Assembly: GCF_014857065.1 (NCBI RefSeq)
Contig: NZ_CP046533.1
Coordinates: 480,001 to 512,000, forward strand
Direction: 5' to 3'
Length of the DNA: 32,000 nt
Source: Candidatus Saccharimonadota bacterium
GTDB taxonomy: Bacteria; Pseudomonadota; Gammaproteobacteria; Enterobacterales; Enterobacteriaceae
Under the pieces are notes generated by a model, which saw only the letters and a list, made by a program, of their open reading frames with translations, did no database searches and had not been told where the DNA came from. This document shows positions 1 through 10,555 of the stretch, in pieces. Made by a program: the position numbers and the translations under genes. Every line of letters begins with the position of its first letter. Position 1 is the first letter of the stretch.

Positions 1-802
1 TATAGATAATTTTTAAATCTTTAATAAGAGCGCTACCATTATCTGAAGCTCCTTTCATTGCCATCATTCTAGCAGCTTGCTCACAAACTAAATTTTCAAC
101 GACTTTTTGATATATTTCAGATTCTATATAACGTTTTAACAAAATATTTAATAATAGCTTAGGATCATTAGGTTCATATATATAATCCCATTTTTTTCTA
201 TGCGTTGAAATTACATTTTTTAAAGGTAAAATAGGCAAAATCTGTAATATTTGTGGTTTTTGAAATAAAATATTAGTAAATTTATTACTAATAATAAATA
301 ACTTATCTAAGTAATGCTCTTCATATAACTGAAATATAATTGTTGTTATACCAATTAAAATAGACAATGTAGGATTGTCTCCTAATCCAGCAATTTTAGT
401 AATAACTTTCTTATTTAAAAAATTTAAAAAAGAAATTGCCTGATTACCAATTAAGAAAAAACTACTATCTATTCCCTTATCACTCCATTTTTTCATATCT
501 ATCAATAAATTTTTAAACAAATTAGTATTCAAACTACCAACTAAACCTCGATCTGTAGAAACTACTAAATATCCAATACGAACAATATTACGTTCAACTA
601 TATAAGAATGTTTATATTCTAAACTACCCAACAAAATATGCTCTATAACTTTCTGCATAATTTTAATATAAGGATCAACAGATAAAAAAACCTGATAAAT
701 CTTACGCATTTTTGAAAATGAAATCATTTCCATTGCTTTAGTAATTTTTTGTATTTTATTAATACTATTAATTTTATTACGTATTTCTTTAATACTAAAC
801 AT
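1..802 (-). CDS. atpG: ATP synthase F1 gamma subunit, partial (C-terminal ~20 aa lie off the left edge)
   Basis: It is not in the ORF track because it is truncated. The reverse complement from ATG at 802..800 reads MFSIKEIRNKINSINKIQKITKAMEMISFSKMRK...VVSTDRGLVGSLN...EQAARMMAMKGASDNGSALIKDLKIIY. This is colinear with E. coli AtpG (MAGAKEIRSKI...STDRGLCGGLN...[28 protein letters not shown]). It sits downstream of atpA as in the atp operon. Confidence 0.9.
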   Translation of the reverse strand, partial: MFSIKEIRNKINSINKIQKITKAMEMISFSKMRKIYQVFLSVDPYIKIMQKVIEHILLGSLEYKHSYIVERNIVRIGYLVVSTDRGLVGSLNTNLFKNLLIDMKKWSDKGIDSSFFLIGNQAISFLNFLNKKVITKIAGLGDNPTLSILIGITTIIFQLYEEHYLDKLFIISNKFTNILFQKPQILQILPILPLKNVISTHRKKWDYIYEPNDPKLLLNILLKRYIESEIYQKVVENLVCEQAARMMAMKGASDNGSALIKDLKIIY

Positions 803-862
803 TTATTCTATTTCCAAATATATGCAATATTTATCATCAATGAACCATCTAACAAACATAAA

Positions 863-2404
863 TTACCATAAATTATTAATCTTAAATTTATCAAGAATAT
901 TTTTAAATTCACCTTTCACAATGTCATCATAAATCCCAGTTTCATTAACGTATTTCATAATTTCTAATTGTTCACACGATATGTAAGTCATTAATGTACT
1001 TTCAAAAGTATTGATCTTATGAAGATCTACATCTTCTAAATAACCATGTACAACTGCAAATAGCAATAAAGCTTGCTGCGCAATAGACATTGGTGCGTAT
1101 TGTTTTTGTTTTAATAATTCAATAATTTTTTGCCCATGTCTTAATTGTTTAAACGTATTTTCATCCAATTCAGATGCAAATTGAGAAAATGCTTCTAACT
1201 CACGATATTGAGCTAAAGATGTACGAATACCACCAGATAACTGTTTTATAATATCAGTTTGTGCAGCACCACCTACTCTAGACACAGAAATACCTGGATT
1301 AACTGCAGGACGAATACCAGCATTAAATAAATTAGACTCTAAAAAAATTTGACCATCTGTAATAGAAATAACATTAGTTGGAACAAAAGCAGATATATCA
1401 CCAGCTTGAGTTTCAATAATAGGCAATGCAGTTAAAGACCCAGTTTTTCCTTTAATTTTCCCGTTGCTACAAAATTCAACAAAATTGGAATTAACCCTTG
1501 CTGCTCGTTCTAATAAACGAGAATGTAAATAAAAAATATCACCAGGATAAGCTTCACGTCCCGGTGGACGTTTTAATAACAAAGATATCTGACGATATGC
1601 TACAGCTTGTTTGGAAAGATCATCATAAACAATCAAAGCATCTTCACCGCGATCCCTGAAATACTCACCCATCGCACATCCAGAATATGGAGATAAATAT
1701 TGCAATGCAGCAGTTTCTCCTGCTGAAGCCACTACTACGATAGTATTTGACAACGCATCTAATTCTTCTAATACATTCACAATTTTAGTTACAGTAGAAA
1801 GTTTTTGACCAATAGCAACATAAATACATTTCACTCCACTATTACGTTGATTAAGTATAGTATCTATAGCCAACGTAGATTTACCTGTCTGACGGTCACC
1901 TATAATTAATTCGCGTTGACCGCGACCTATAGGAATCATAGCATCAACAGATTTATAACCAGTTTGTATCGGTTCAGAAACAGATTGACGTTCTATAACA
2001 TTTGGTGCATTTTTTTCAACACAAGACCAAGAATCATAATTTAATGGTCCCTTCCCATCTATAGGTATTCCTAATGTATTAATGACACGACCTAACAAAC
2101 CGTAGCCTACTGGAACAGATAAAACCTTACCTGTACATCTCACTTTGGTACCTTCTAATAAACCTGTATGAGAACCCAGAACCACTGCACCAACAGAATC
2201 ACGTTCTAAATTAAATACAACAGCAAACTTTTCTTCAGGTAAAGCAATCATTTCGCCTTGCATTGCATCATCTAATCCATAAATATGAATCACCCCATCG
2301 CTAATTGAAATAATTTCACCCTCATTCTTCACTTCACTTATAAAATCAAAACTGGCTATTCTTCTTTTAATTAATTCACTAATTTCAGTAGCTTTCAATT
2401 CCAT
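863..2404 (-). CDS. atpA: ATP synthase F1 alpha subunit
   Basis: It aligns end to end with E. coli AtpA, including the Walker A motif GDRQTGKS. I place the start at the internal ATG 2404 ([16 protein letters not shown] vs E. coli [16 protein letters not shown]). The track start at 2455 would overlap the end of atpH. Confidence 0.95.
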   Translation of the reverse strand: MELKATEISELIKRRIASFDFISEVKNEGEIISISDGVIHIYGLDDAMQGEMIALPEEKFAVVFNLERDSVGAVVLGSHTGLLEGTKVRCTGKVLSVPVGYGLLGRVINTLGIPIDGKGPLNYDSWSCVEKNAPNVIERQSVSEPIQTGYKSVDAMIPIGRGQRELIIGDRQTGKSTLAIDTILNQRNSGVKCIYVAIGQKLSTVTKIVNVLEELDALSNTIVVVASAGETAALQYLSPYSGCAMGEYFRDRGEDALIVYDDLSKQAVAYRQISLLLKRPPGREAYPGDIFYLHSRLLERAARVNSNFVEFCSNGKIKGKTGSLTALPIIETQAGDISAFVPTNVISITDGQIFLESNLFNAGIRPAVNPGISVSRVGGAAQTDIIKQLSGGIRTSLAQYRELEAFSQFASELDENTFKQLRHGQKIIELLKQKQYAPMSIAQQALLLFAVVHGYLEDVDLHKINTFESTLMTYISCEQLEIMKYVNETGIYDDIVKGEFKNILDKFKINNLW

Positions 2405-2423
2405 TGTTCTACAATCCTCATCA

Positions 2424-2975
2424 TTAAAATTGTAAAATATTTTTGAGATGTTCAAGACGTCTTTGCAAACTGCTATCTAATACAGTATTATTCATGCGAA
2501 TAATAAGCCCAGCAACAATTAATGGCTCAACTTTACAGATTAGTTTTATTTTCTTTGATACTTTTTTCTCTATAATCTCAGTAATTTTCGATAACTGAAG
2601 ATCAGTTAGCAAGTAAGGAGAGATTACTTCAACGTCCATGAAATTTTCTTGCACGGTACGAAGATTAATAAATTGTTTCACAACTTCAGGCAAAACAAGC
2701 AACCTAGAATTTTTTGCCATAATTCTAATAAAATTTCTAACAAAATGATCTAATGACTTTCCACATACATCAATAAATATATTCAATAACTGAGTCGAAG
2801 TAAAACGGTTAGAAGAAAATATCTTCAACATTTTTTCATTTTTGCTTATATTTGAAGCTATAAGAAGCATGGACTGCCAATCTGGCACTTTTTGTTGCTC
2901 AACTGCAAAATTAAACGCGGCAACAGCATAAGGACGCGCTATGGTAGATGAATTTACAATTATATTATCCCTCAT
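2424..2975 (-). CDS. atpH: ATP synthase F1 delta subunit
   Basis: The 183-aa product aligns with E. coli AtpH (ARPYAKAAFDFAVE.., ..KVKLNCKID..). Its ATG overlaps the atpF TGA stop as ATGA (2972-2975). Confidence 0.9.
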   Translation of the reverse strand: MRDNIIVNSSTIARPYAVAAFNFAVEQQKVPDWQSMLLIASNISKNEKMLKIFSSNRFTSTQLLNIFIDVCGKSLDHFVRNFIRIMAKNSRLLVLPEVVKQFINLRTVQENFMDVEVISPYLLTDLQLSKITEIIEKKVSKKIKLICKVEPLIVAGLIIRMNNTVLDSSLQRRLEHLKNILQF

Positions 2976-3442
2976 AGTTTACTTATCACTGCATCTATTA
3001 TACTATTGTTAGTATCCTGATCTATCGAACACTCGATGACTTGTTTTGCACCATTAACAATTAAAGAAGCCAATTGTTGACGTAACTCTTCGTACGCACG
3101 CCTACGTTCTACTTGGATATCTCTCTTAGCGTGTAATAAAATTTTGTTACGTTCATCTTGAGCTTGATTTCGAGCTTCATTTAATATTCTTACTTTAAAT
3201 CTATTAGCTTGCTCTATCATACTTTTAGCTTTAACCTGCGCCTGTTGCAAATATTGATCTGCTTCAATTTTCATCAAGTTAGATTTTTCTTTAAGAACTT
3301 TAGCAGAAGCTATATCATCAGCGATTTTTTTTTGACGTTCTTCAATAATAGTAATCAATTGAGGCCATATAAATTTCATACAACAAACAACAAAGAAAAC
3401 AAAAGCAATAGCCTGACCAAATATTGTTAAATTTAAACTCAC
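2972..3442 (-). CDS. atpF: ATP synthase F0 subunit b
   Basis: The 156-aa product reads [28 protein letters not shown] vs E. coli [29 protein letters not shown]. It uses a GTG start at 3442. Confidence 0.9.
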   Translation of the reverse strand: MSLNLTIFGQAIAFVFFVVCCMKFIWPQLITIIEERQKKIADDIASAKVLKEKSNLMKIEADQYLQQAQVKAKSMIEQANRFKVRILNEARNQAQDERNKILLHAKRDIQVERRRAYEELRQQLASLIVNGAKQVIECSIDQDTNNSIIDAVISKL

Positions 3443-3458
3443 AGTATTAAACTCCTAA

Positions 3459-3743
<285 letters not shown>

Positions 3744-3758
3744 TTATTTAACATTCGG

Positions 3759-4676
<918 letters not shown>

Positions 4677-4846
4677 CTAAAAATCTTTAGCTCTAATGTA
4701 CAACGAAACCTCGTTAATAAATCAACATAAAGAAAACATCCAAATAGCCATTATTACACACCAATAAGACTTATGAAAGTATAATGTTAAAATCTCGAAA
4801 ATAATAACACTAAAACAAAAATCCAGTAAAATCAAAATAAAAGTAT

Positions 4847-6739
4847 CTAATTTGCCAAGAGTTGCATTTTCTTTAACCAAACCAATAAAATAGAAATAGC
4901 TGCCGGAGTTATTCCAGAAATTTTAGAAGCTTGGCCAATTGAAGTAGGTTTATAATAATTTAGTTTATCTGTTACTTCTCTAGATAAACCGGGGATAGCA
5001 TTAAAATCCAAATGATCTGGCAATAACGTCTTTTCATTACGTATTTGACGTTTAACCTCCATGTCTTGACGATCAATATAACCCTTATACTTAATCTGTA
5101 TGTCAATTTCTTCTGCAACTTGGTTATCTAATACGGCAGGCGCAAACAGATCCAATCCAGTTAATTTTGTATAAGTCATTTCCGAACGACGTAGTAACTC
5201 TTCTCCATTAGCTTCTTTTAATAAAGGAGTAAGCAGCATTTTATTCAAAGAGACAACATCCGCATTGTTAGAATTTGGTTTTACAAAAATGTTTTTCAAA
5301 CGTTGCATTTCCAATTTTATACGCTCCCTTTTATTACAGAATCGTTCCCATCGCACATCATTTATTAGCCCTAATTTTCTTCCAATCTCCGTTAACCTAA
5401 GATCAGCGTTATCTTCACGCAATAATAACCTGTATTCAGCGCGAGAAGTAAACATACGATAAGGCTCTTTCGTGCCTTGCGTGCACAAATCATCCACAAG
5501 TACTCCAATATACGCTTGATCTCGTCTAGGTATCCAACAATCCTGATCCTTAGATAATAAACCAGCATTAATTCCAGCAAGCAAACCTTGAGCTGCTGCT
5601 TCTTCGTAACCGGTAGTACCATTAATTTGACCGGCAAAAAACAAACCTTTAATAAATTTGCTTTCAAGTGTTAAATGTAAATCACGAGGATCAAAAAAAT
5701 CATATTCAACAGCGTAGCCAGGACGCACAATGTGAGCATTATGTAAACCTTTTATAGACCTCACAAGATTTATTTGCACACCAAAAGGTAAACTAGTAGA
5801 AACGCCATTGAGATATACTTCATTGGTAGTTAATCCCTCAGGCTCTAAAAAAACACGATGAGAATTTCGATCAGGATAGCGCACTACCTTATCTTCTAGC
5901 GATGGACAATATCGAGGTCCTAAGCCTTTAATTTTCCCCGAATACGTAGGACTATGGTGAATATTGTTTCCAACAATTTCATGTGTCTGACTATTAGTAT
6001 ATGTGACAAAACACGGTATCTGTTTGGGATGTTGATCATAAGCCCCCATGAAAGAAAAAACAGGTAAGGGTCGATCACTATCTTGTTTATCCAAGCCATT
6101 AAAATCAATACTACGAACATCAAGACGAGGAGAAGTTCCCGTTTTTAATCTACTAACACGAAACATCATTTTTTTTAATTTTTCTGATAAAGAAATTGAT
6201 GAAGAATCGGCAATTCTACCTCCATAATAACTGCTACCACCGATATGAATCATACCGTTTAAGAAAGTACCCGTCGTCAACACCACTGTCTTAGCATGAA
6301 ATTTAGAATCAGATTGAGAACCAATCACCCCAATAACTTTACCACTTCTCAAAATCAAATCTCTTACCGATTGCTGTATTATTAGCAAATTGACTTGGTT
6401 TTCAAGAGAATGTCTAATAAATTGTCGGTAAAGTATTTTATCTGCTTGAGCTCGAGTAGACCTTACCGCAATACCCTTACTGGAATTTAATAACCTGAAC
6501 TGAATGCCAGAACGATCTATTGCTTCTGCCATTACACCACCCATCGCATCAATTTCTTTAACCAAATGCCCCTTTCCTACACCTCCTATAGCTGGATTGC
6601 AGGACATCTGACCTAATGTATCAATATTATGAGTCAGCAACAGAGTGATACACCCCATCCTTGATGACGCCAAAGCTGCTTCCGTACCTGCATGGCCACC
6701 ACCAATGACAATTACATCAAAAATCTTAGAAAAAGACAT
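4847..6739 (-). CDS. mnmG: tRNA uridine 5-carboxymethylaminomethyl modification enzyme MnmG (GidA)
   Basis: The 630-aa product aligns over its full length with E. coli GidA ([69 protein letters not shown]). Confidence 0.95.
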   Translation of the reverse strand: MSFSKIFDVIVIGGGHAGTEAALASSRMGCITLLLTHNIDTLGQMSCNPAIGGVGKGHLVKEIDAMGGVMAEAIDRSGIQFRLLNSSKGIAVRSTRAQADKILYRQFIRHSLENQVNLLIIQQSVRDLILRSGKVIGVIGSQSDSKFHAKTVVLTTGTFLNGMIHIGGSSYYGGRIADSSSISLSEKLKKMMFRVSRLKTGTSPRLDVRSIDFNGLDKQDSDRPLPVFSFMGAYDQHPKQIPCFVTYTNSQTHEIVGNNIHHSPTYSGKIKGLGPRYCPSLEDKVVRYPDRNSHRVFLEPEGLTTNEVYLNGVSTSLPFGVQINLVRSIKGLHNAHIVRPGYAVEYDFFDPRDLHLTLESKFIKGLFFAGQINGTTGYEEAAAQGLLAGINAGLLSKDQDCWIPRRDQAYIGVLVDDLCTQGTKEPYRMFTSRAEYRLLLREDNADLRLTEIGRKLGLINDVRWERFCNKRERIKLEMQRLKNIFVKPNSNNADVVSLNKMLLTPLLKEANGEELLRRSEMTYTKLTGLDLFAPAVLDNQVAEEIDIQIKYKGYIDRQDMEVKRQIRNEKTLLPDHLDFNAIPGLSREVTDKLNYYKPTSIGQASKISGITPAAISILLVWLKKMQLLAN

Positions 6740-7059
6740 AACAGAACACCCAAAACTTAAAATAAAAGACGATACCCTAATCCCCGTCGCTCATATAAAC
6801 TCTACTTCAGCATAACAACTAATCGATCTGCAAGACCAAACTAAATAAACAAACACATCTCACACTCTAAGAACAACAGAACCCGAAACACACACAGGGG
6901 ATTTATATCATATAAACATCTGGACCACAAGCAATTTTAGAAATATATTTCTGCGTCTGTCAACCACAAAACTACTTAACGAATCAAAAACACAAACTCA
7001 CAAGTGTTATGAACTAAGGCTACTGTCAAAATTGAAATGATAATAAATGCTGAGTAACA

Positions 7060-7068
7060 TGTGAATAA
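7060..7068 (-). promoter_or_regulatory. DnaA-box-like 9-mer (TTATTCACA on minus strand)
   Basis: Exact match to the relaxed DnaA box consensus TTATNCACA. Confidence 0.35.
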
Positions 7069-7279
7069 CAATGTATTTCACAACCGGTTTTAAATGCGAT
7101 AACAACGATCAAGCAGTCACATAACAGGCATGACAGAGTTTACTGTAATTACATTAACAAACAACTGGCAGATTCACCTGTAGTTACCATAGTATGTATT
7201 GAATCTGTATAGTCCCGTACATGGATATAATTATGTTCTTTCTTTAGAAACATTAAAGACTTATTATTAAGACGGACTT

Positions 7280-7309
7280 TTTTGTGAATAACTTTTGTGA
7301 ATAACTTTT
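7280..7309. repeat. Exact tandem duplication of the 13-mer TTTTGTGAATAAC (2 copies plus a 4-nt partial third), each copy carrying a DnaA-box-like 9-mer (7283-7291, 7296-7304)
   Basis: Read directly: ttttgtgaataac ttttgtgaataac tttt. Confidence 0.85.
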
Positions 7310-7657
7310 TCGAACACGCAAAATAATCGAGCTTTTAACTAAAAATCATGTGACGAAATCACAACAACTTTTCTAAAATTACCAGGAACGTCTGACACAA
7401 TCACAGTGATTACAGATACTAAACAGTAACTATGCTGAACTTCCCATCGCTGTTCACAGAATATATTTAAGATTTTTACTAACTCCTATTGCCTTATGTT
7501 ATTTATTTGTTATTGTATTATGACGAAGAGATAACAACAGTCACGATCACTGATAAAGATGGAGCTCAAATGGTCGAATAGAGGAAAAAAAATCCAAGAA
7601 AATAAATTATCTAATGAACTTTCACACACTTATTTTCAGATTATAAATCCTCACTGA

Positions 7658-7731
7658 AGGCTTGTAGCTCAGTTGGTTAGAGCACACCCCTGATAAGGGT
7701 GAGGTCGGTGGTTCAAATCCACTCAAGCCTA
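7658..7731 (+). tRNA. ileT-like: tRNA-Ile (anticodon GAU); 3' CCA not encoded
   Basis: AGGCTTGTAGCTCAGTTGGTTAGAGCACACCCCTGATAAGGGTGAGGTCGGTGGTTCAAATCCACTCAAGCCTA is near-identical to E. coli tRNA-Ile(GAU). It folds into a full cloverleaf: 7-bp acceptor AGGCTTG/CAAGCCT, anticodon loop CTGATAA, T-loop TTCAAAT. The discriminator A is followed by CAA, not CCA. Confidence 0.95.
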
Positions 7732-8106
7732 CAAGAATCCAAGAAAACTTTAATGCTTAAACACAAAATAAAGCAGACAGAACTTAATTAAACTATAAAC
7801 TTAATTTTGAAATTACGGGAGTAGAGATTTATAGAACTCTTAGTGCTGACTATAAAAATGTTCCTGTCTAACATTTGAAAACCGTAGTCGACTAATGTCT
7901 ATGGTCTTAACCTGTAAATGCTGCGCGCTAAAGCTGAACCACGCATCAGTTAATGTAGCCTAACATTATTCTCATGTGTAACGATACCATTGACTACTGA
8001 CAAGCCATGTGCTAATGGTGTAGCTGTGACAACAGACACTCAGAATCTTTAAAAAACTCACAAAGATCAAAAATAAAACGGTATGTAGGATGGGGTATTT
8101 ATTATT

Positions 8107-9003
8107 ATGCCAGTAAAAGTATTAGACGGATTGCCTGCAATAGATTTCTTACGTAAAGAAAACATCTTCATGGTGACAAAATCTTGCGTAAAAATCCAAA
8201 TAACTAAAACACTGAAAATACTTATTCTTAATCTCATGCCAAAAAAAGTCGAAACAGAAAATCAATTACTGCGTTTGTTGTCAAACTCTCCATTACAAAT
8301 TGACATTCAATTGTTGCGTGTAGATCAACGAAGATCTAAAAATACTTCTATGGAACACTTAAATAATTTCTACTGTAATTTCATAGACATACAGAGTAAA
8401 AATTATGATGGGTTGGTTGTTACTGGCGCTCCCTTAGGTCTCATAAGATTCTGTGACGTGGTATTCTGGAAACAAATGAAAGAAATCATAAAATGGGCAA
8501 TGAAACACGTTACTTCCACACTATTTATTTGTTGGGCAGTACAAGCTGCATTAAACATACTATATGGTGTTCCACAGATAACTAGAAGGAATAGGTTAGC
8601 AGGAGTTTACAGACATTATACAATACACCCCCATGCATCACTAACTAGAGGTTTTGACGGAACGTTTTTAGCAATACATTCAAGACACGCTGATTTCCCC
8701 TCAAAAATAATTCGAAACAATACTGATTTAAAGATTTTAGTAGAAGCTGAAAATGAAGACATAGGAGCTTATTTACTAGCAAGTCAAGATAAACGCATTG
8801 TATGTGTTACCGGTCATCCTGAATATGATGCTACAACTTTAGCTTCTGAATATTATCGAGATCGGCTAAACGGCTTAAATCCTACATTACCAGTAAATTA
8901 TTTTCCAAAAGATAATCCCAACTCAATGCCTGAGTCTACCTGGCGTAGTCATGGATATTTACTATTTAACAATTGGCTTAATTATTACATCCACTGTGTT
9001 TAA
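8107..9003 (+). CDS. metA: homoserine O-succinyltransferase
   Basis: The 298-aa product is colinear with E. coli MetA ([21 protein letters not shown].., [31 protein letters not shown]). Confidence 0.93.
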   Translation: MPVKVLDGLPAIDFLRKENIFMVTKSCVKIQITKTLKILILNLMPKKVETENQLLRLLSNSPLQIDIQLLRVDQRRSKNTSMEHLNNFYCNFIDIQSKNYDGLVVTGAPLGLIRFCDVVFWKQMKEIIKWAMKHVTSTLFICWAVQAALNILYGVPQITRRNRLAGVYRHYTIHPHASLTRGFDGTFLAIHSRHADFPSKIIRNNTDLKILVEAENEDIGAYLLASQDKRIVCVTGHPEYDATTLASEYYRDRLNGLNPTLPVNYFPKDNPNSMPESTWRSHGYLLFNNWLNYYIHCV

Positions 9004-9522
9004 TGTAATAAAATTTGCGCTATAACTATCAAAATGATTCCACATGAAATGTTAATTCCGTGTGTATTTCTGCATAAATAACGTTTAGAGTGAACGTTTA
9101 AAACAACTCAAAGCACAAATAAAAATTTACCATTACAAAAAATTTTGGAAAAGATCTTTCGATCAAAAGAGTATAAAATCACTATACTCAAAAATTTGAC
9201 ATTCGGTAAATTTTATATTAATTTTAGTAAAGACAACTTGGAACTTATTGCTCATTTAGAACGTTGCCGTAATCCAAAAAATTTAAATATGATAACTCTG
9301 GTAGTCAGATTAAGTCAAATTCAATTTCAAGGCAGTTAAAAATTCTACATACGGACTAGAGTTTTTTAAATATGATGAATAATGTTTTACATGTGCTACT
9401 CAATTAACGATGATTAAATCAAGGAGCTATGCTCGCTGGAGAACTATTCACACACTAATAATACAAATCTAACAGCGATTTTGTTCAAAGCTTATTGCTC
9501 AATTACTTCTTTTTTTTTAACT

Positions 9523-9771
9523 ATGTGTAAACGAATTTATGTTTATGATCAAATTGATAAAATTCTCGACATTAAAGGTTTTATTTGTCCTGAACCCATC
9601 CAATTAATACGTAAAGAAATTAATTTGATAAGAACACATCAGATAATATTGGTAGTAACAGATGATCCGTCCACAAAATATGAGATACCTGCATTTTGTC
9701 GGTTTATGGAGCACACTTTATTAATGAACACTACATTACATCTACCATATTTTTTTATGCTAAGGAAATAA
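9523..9771 (+). CDS. tusA: sulfur carrier protein TusA
   Basis: It aligns with E. coli TusA (LDALGLRCPEPVMMVRK..DDPATTRDIPGFCTFMEH). The window reads LDIKGFICPEPIQLIRK..DDPSTKYEIPAFCRFMEH, and the active-site Cys in CPEP is present. I place the start at ATG 9523, giving 82 aa. The track start at 9481 is a non-ATG extension. Confidence 0.85.
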   Translation: MCKRIYVYDQIDKILDIKGFICPEPIQLIRKEINLIRTHQIILVVTDDPSTKYEIPAFCRFMEHTLLMNTTLHLPYFFMLRK

Positions 9772-9852
9772 AAAACAAAAAAAAGGAAAAACGATCTTTA
9801 ATATTACATTTCTAGAATGCCAATTATGATGGCCGAAAGATTTTCAGTAATT

Positions 9853-10425
9853 TTACTTCATTGATATAAAAAGTTGATGGAGAACATTGCCTATTTTTTT
9901 TTTCCTATGTAATATCCAATTATTAGGCACCGAATATGACACATCTTTTTTTTCAGTCTCAACGTAGACGTATGCTTTATCTACAAGCAAATTATATTTT
10001 TCCAATAATTGAATAGTGATCTGTACCATACCTCTTCGAAAAGGCGGATCTATGAAAACAATGTTATATGCCTCATGTGACCTTTCTAACCATGTGTATA
10101 AATTCATGTTAATTACTACTGTTTTAACTGGGTCTAAATTTTTAATGTTTTTAATTAAGTCAAAACTGACGTTTTTGTTTTTTTCCACAAAAGTAACTTT
10201 AGCAGCATGACGTGAAAGAGCTTCTATACCTAAAGAACCAGTCCCAGCAAAACAATCCAAACAATGAGCTCCAGGCACAATTGAAAATAACCAATTAAAC
10301 AATGTCTCTTTAGCTTTGTTAGTAGTGGGTCGTAGACATGGGTAATAAGACACGGATAGTTTGCGCTGCCGCCATTTACCACCTACAATACGAATATTTT
10401 TGAAATATTTATTTTTTTGATTCAT
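9853..10425 (-). CDS. rsmD: 16S rRNA (guanine966-N2)-methyltransferase RsmD
   Basis: The 190-aa product reads IRIVGGKWRQRKL..LRPTT..ETLFNWL..CLDCFAGTGSLGIEALSR..FIDPPF. This matches E. coli YhhF/RsmD. It is divergent from ftsY as in E. coli. Confidence 0.9.
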   Translation of the reverse strand: MNQKNKYFKNIRIVGGKWRQRKLSVSYYPCLRPTTNKAKETLFNWLFSIVPGAHCLDCFAGTGSLGIEALSRHAAKVTFVEKNKNVSFDLIKNIKNLDPVKTVVINMNLYTWLERSHEAYNIVFIDPPFRRGMVQITIQLLEKYNLLVDKAYVYVETEKKDVSYSVPNNWILHRKKKIGNVLHQLFISMK

Positions 10426-10555
10426 TTCTTCCGAACTTATGTGATATAATAGCGTTACCTTGCGTTTGATTCTTTACTGTAAAGCTCAAGATACAAGACG
10501 TCGAATTACACACACAAAGTCAATTAAAATCTTTAAATTTAAGGATGTATATAAC

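Larger units (their letters stand above)
6740..8106. other. 1.37-kb ORF-free region; candidate chromosomal replication origin (oriC-like) adjacent to mnmG
   Basis: No ORF of 60 aa or more occurs in any frame. All genes to the left are on minus, and all genes to the right are on plus for about 18 kb. Plus-strand composition flips here: by hand count 6781-6900 has 37 C vs 13 G, while 18421-18480 has 20 G vs 6 C, and A>T changes to T>A. There are three exact TGTGAATAA 9-mers. In E. coli, oriC lies immediately next to gidA/mnmG. Confidence 0.5.

Noticed and set aside
2405-2455. N-terminal extensions of track ORFs beyond the homologous start. These affect atpA to 2455, atpE to 3722, atpB to 4652, tusA from 9481, ftsY from 10460, rpoH from 11810, metE from 13052, ubiE from 18184 and ubiD from 21013.
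   Set aside because: In each case the extension has no counterpart in the E. coli ortholog. Many use non-ATG starts or overlap the upstream gene, and an internal ATG/GTG aligned with the E. coli N-terminus is available.
6876-6885. ACAGAACCCG, identical to part of the conserved 3' P4 strand of bacterial RNase P RNA (ACAGAACCCGGCTTA).
   Set aside because: Only 10 nt match. The rest of an rnpB gene would have to lie inside the mnmG coding sequence, and the partner motif GAGGAAAGTCCGGGC is not present.
7559-7657. 32-codon ORF (MELKWSNRGKKIQENKLSNELSHTYFQIINPH) whose TGA stop directly abuts the 5' end of tRNA-Ile.
   Set aside because: There is no ribosome-binding site, no homology, and the ORF is very short. 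The abutment with the tRNA is most simply coincidence.
7877-7887. GAAAACCGTAG resembling the 5S rRNA segment GAAACGCCGTAG; considered as a relic of an rRNA operon next to metA.
   Set aside because: Similarity collapses immediately on both sides when aligned to E. coli 5S rRNA, so it is too short to mean anything.
9145-9339. 64-aa ORF (non-ATG start) in the metA-tusA spacer.
   Set aside because: It has no recognisable homology, no Shine-Dalgarno sequence and an alternative start codon. It lies in a region where E. coli synteny predicts deleted genes. It could be a decayed remnant, but that cannot be supported from sequence alone.
9429-9458. AAGGAG followed by ATG opening a 9-codon ORF (MLAGELFTH) upstream of tusA; considered as a leader peptide or old tusA start.
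   Set aside because: The spacing between the SD-like motif and the ATG is only 2 nt. The ORF is out of register with tusA, and the resemblance to the TusA N-terminus is negligible.
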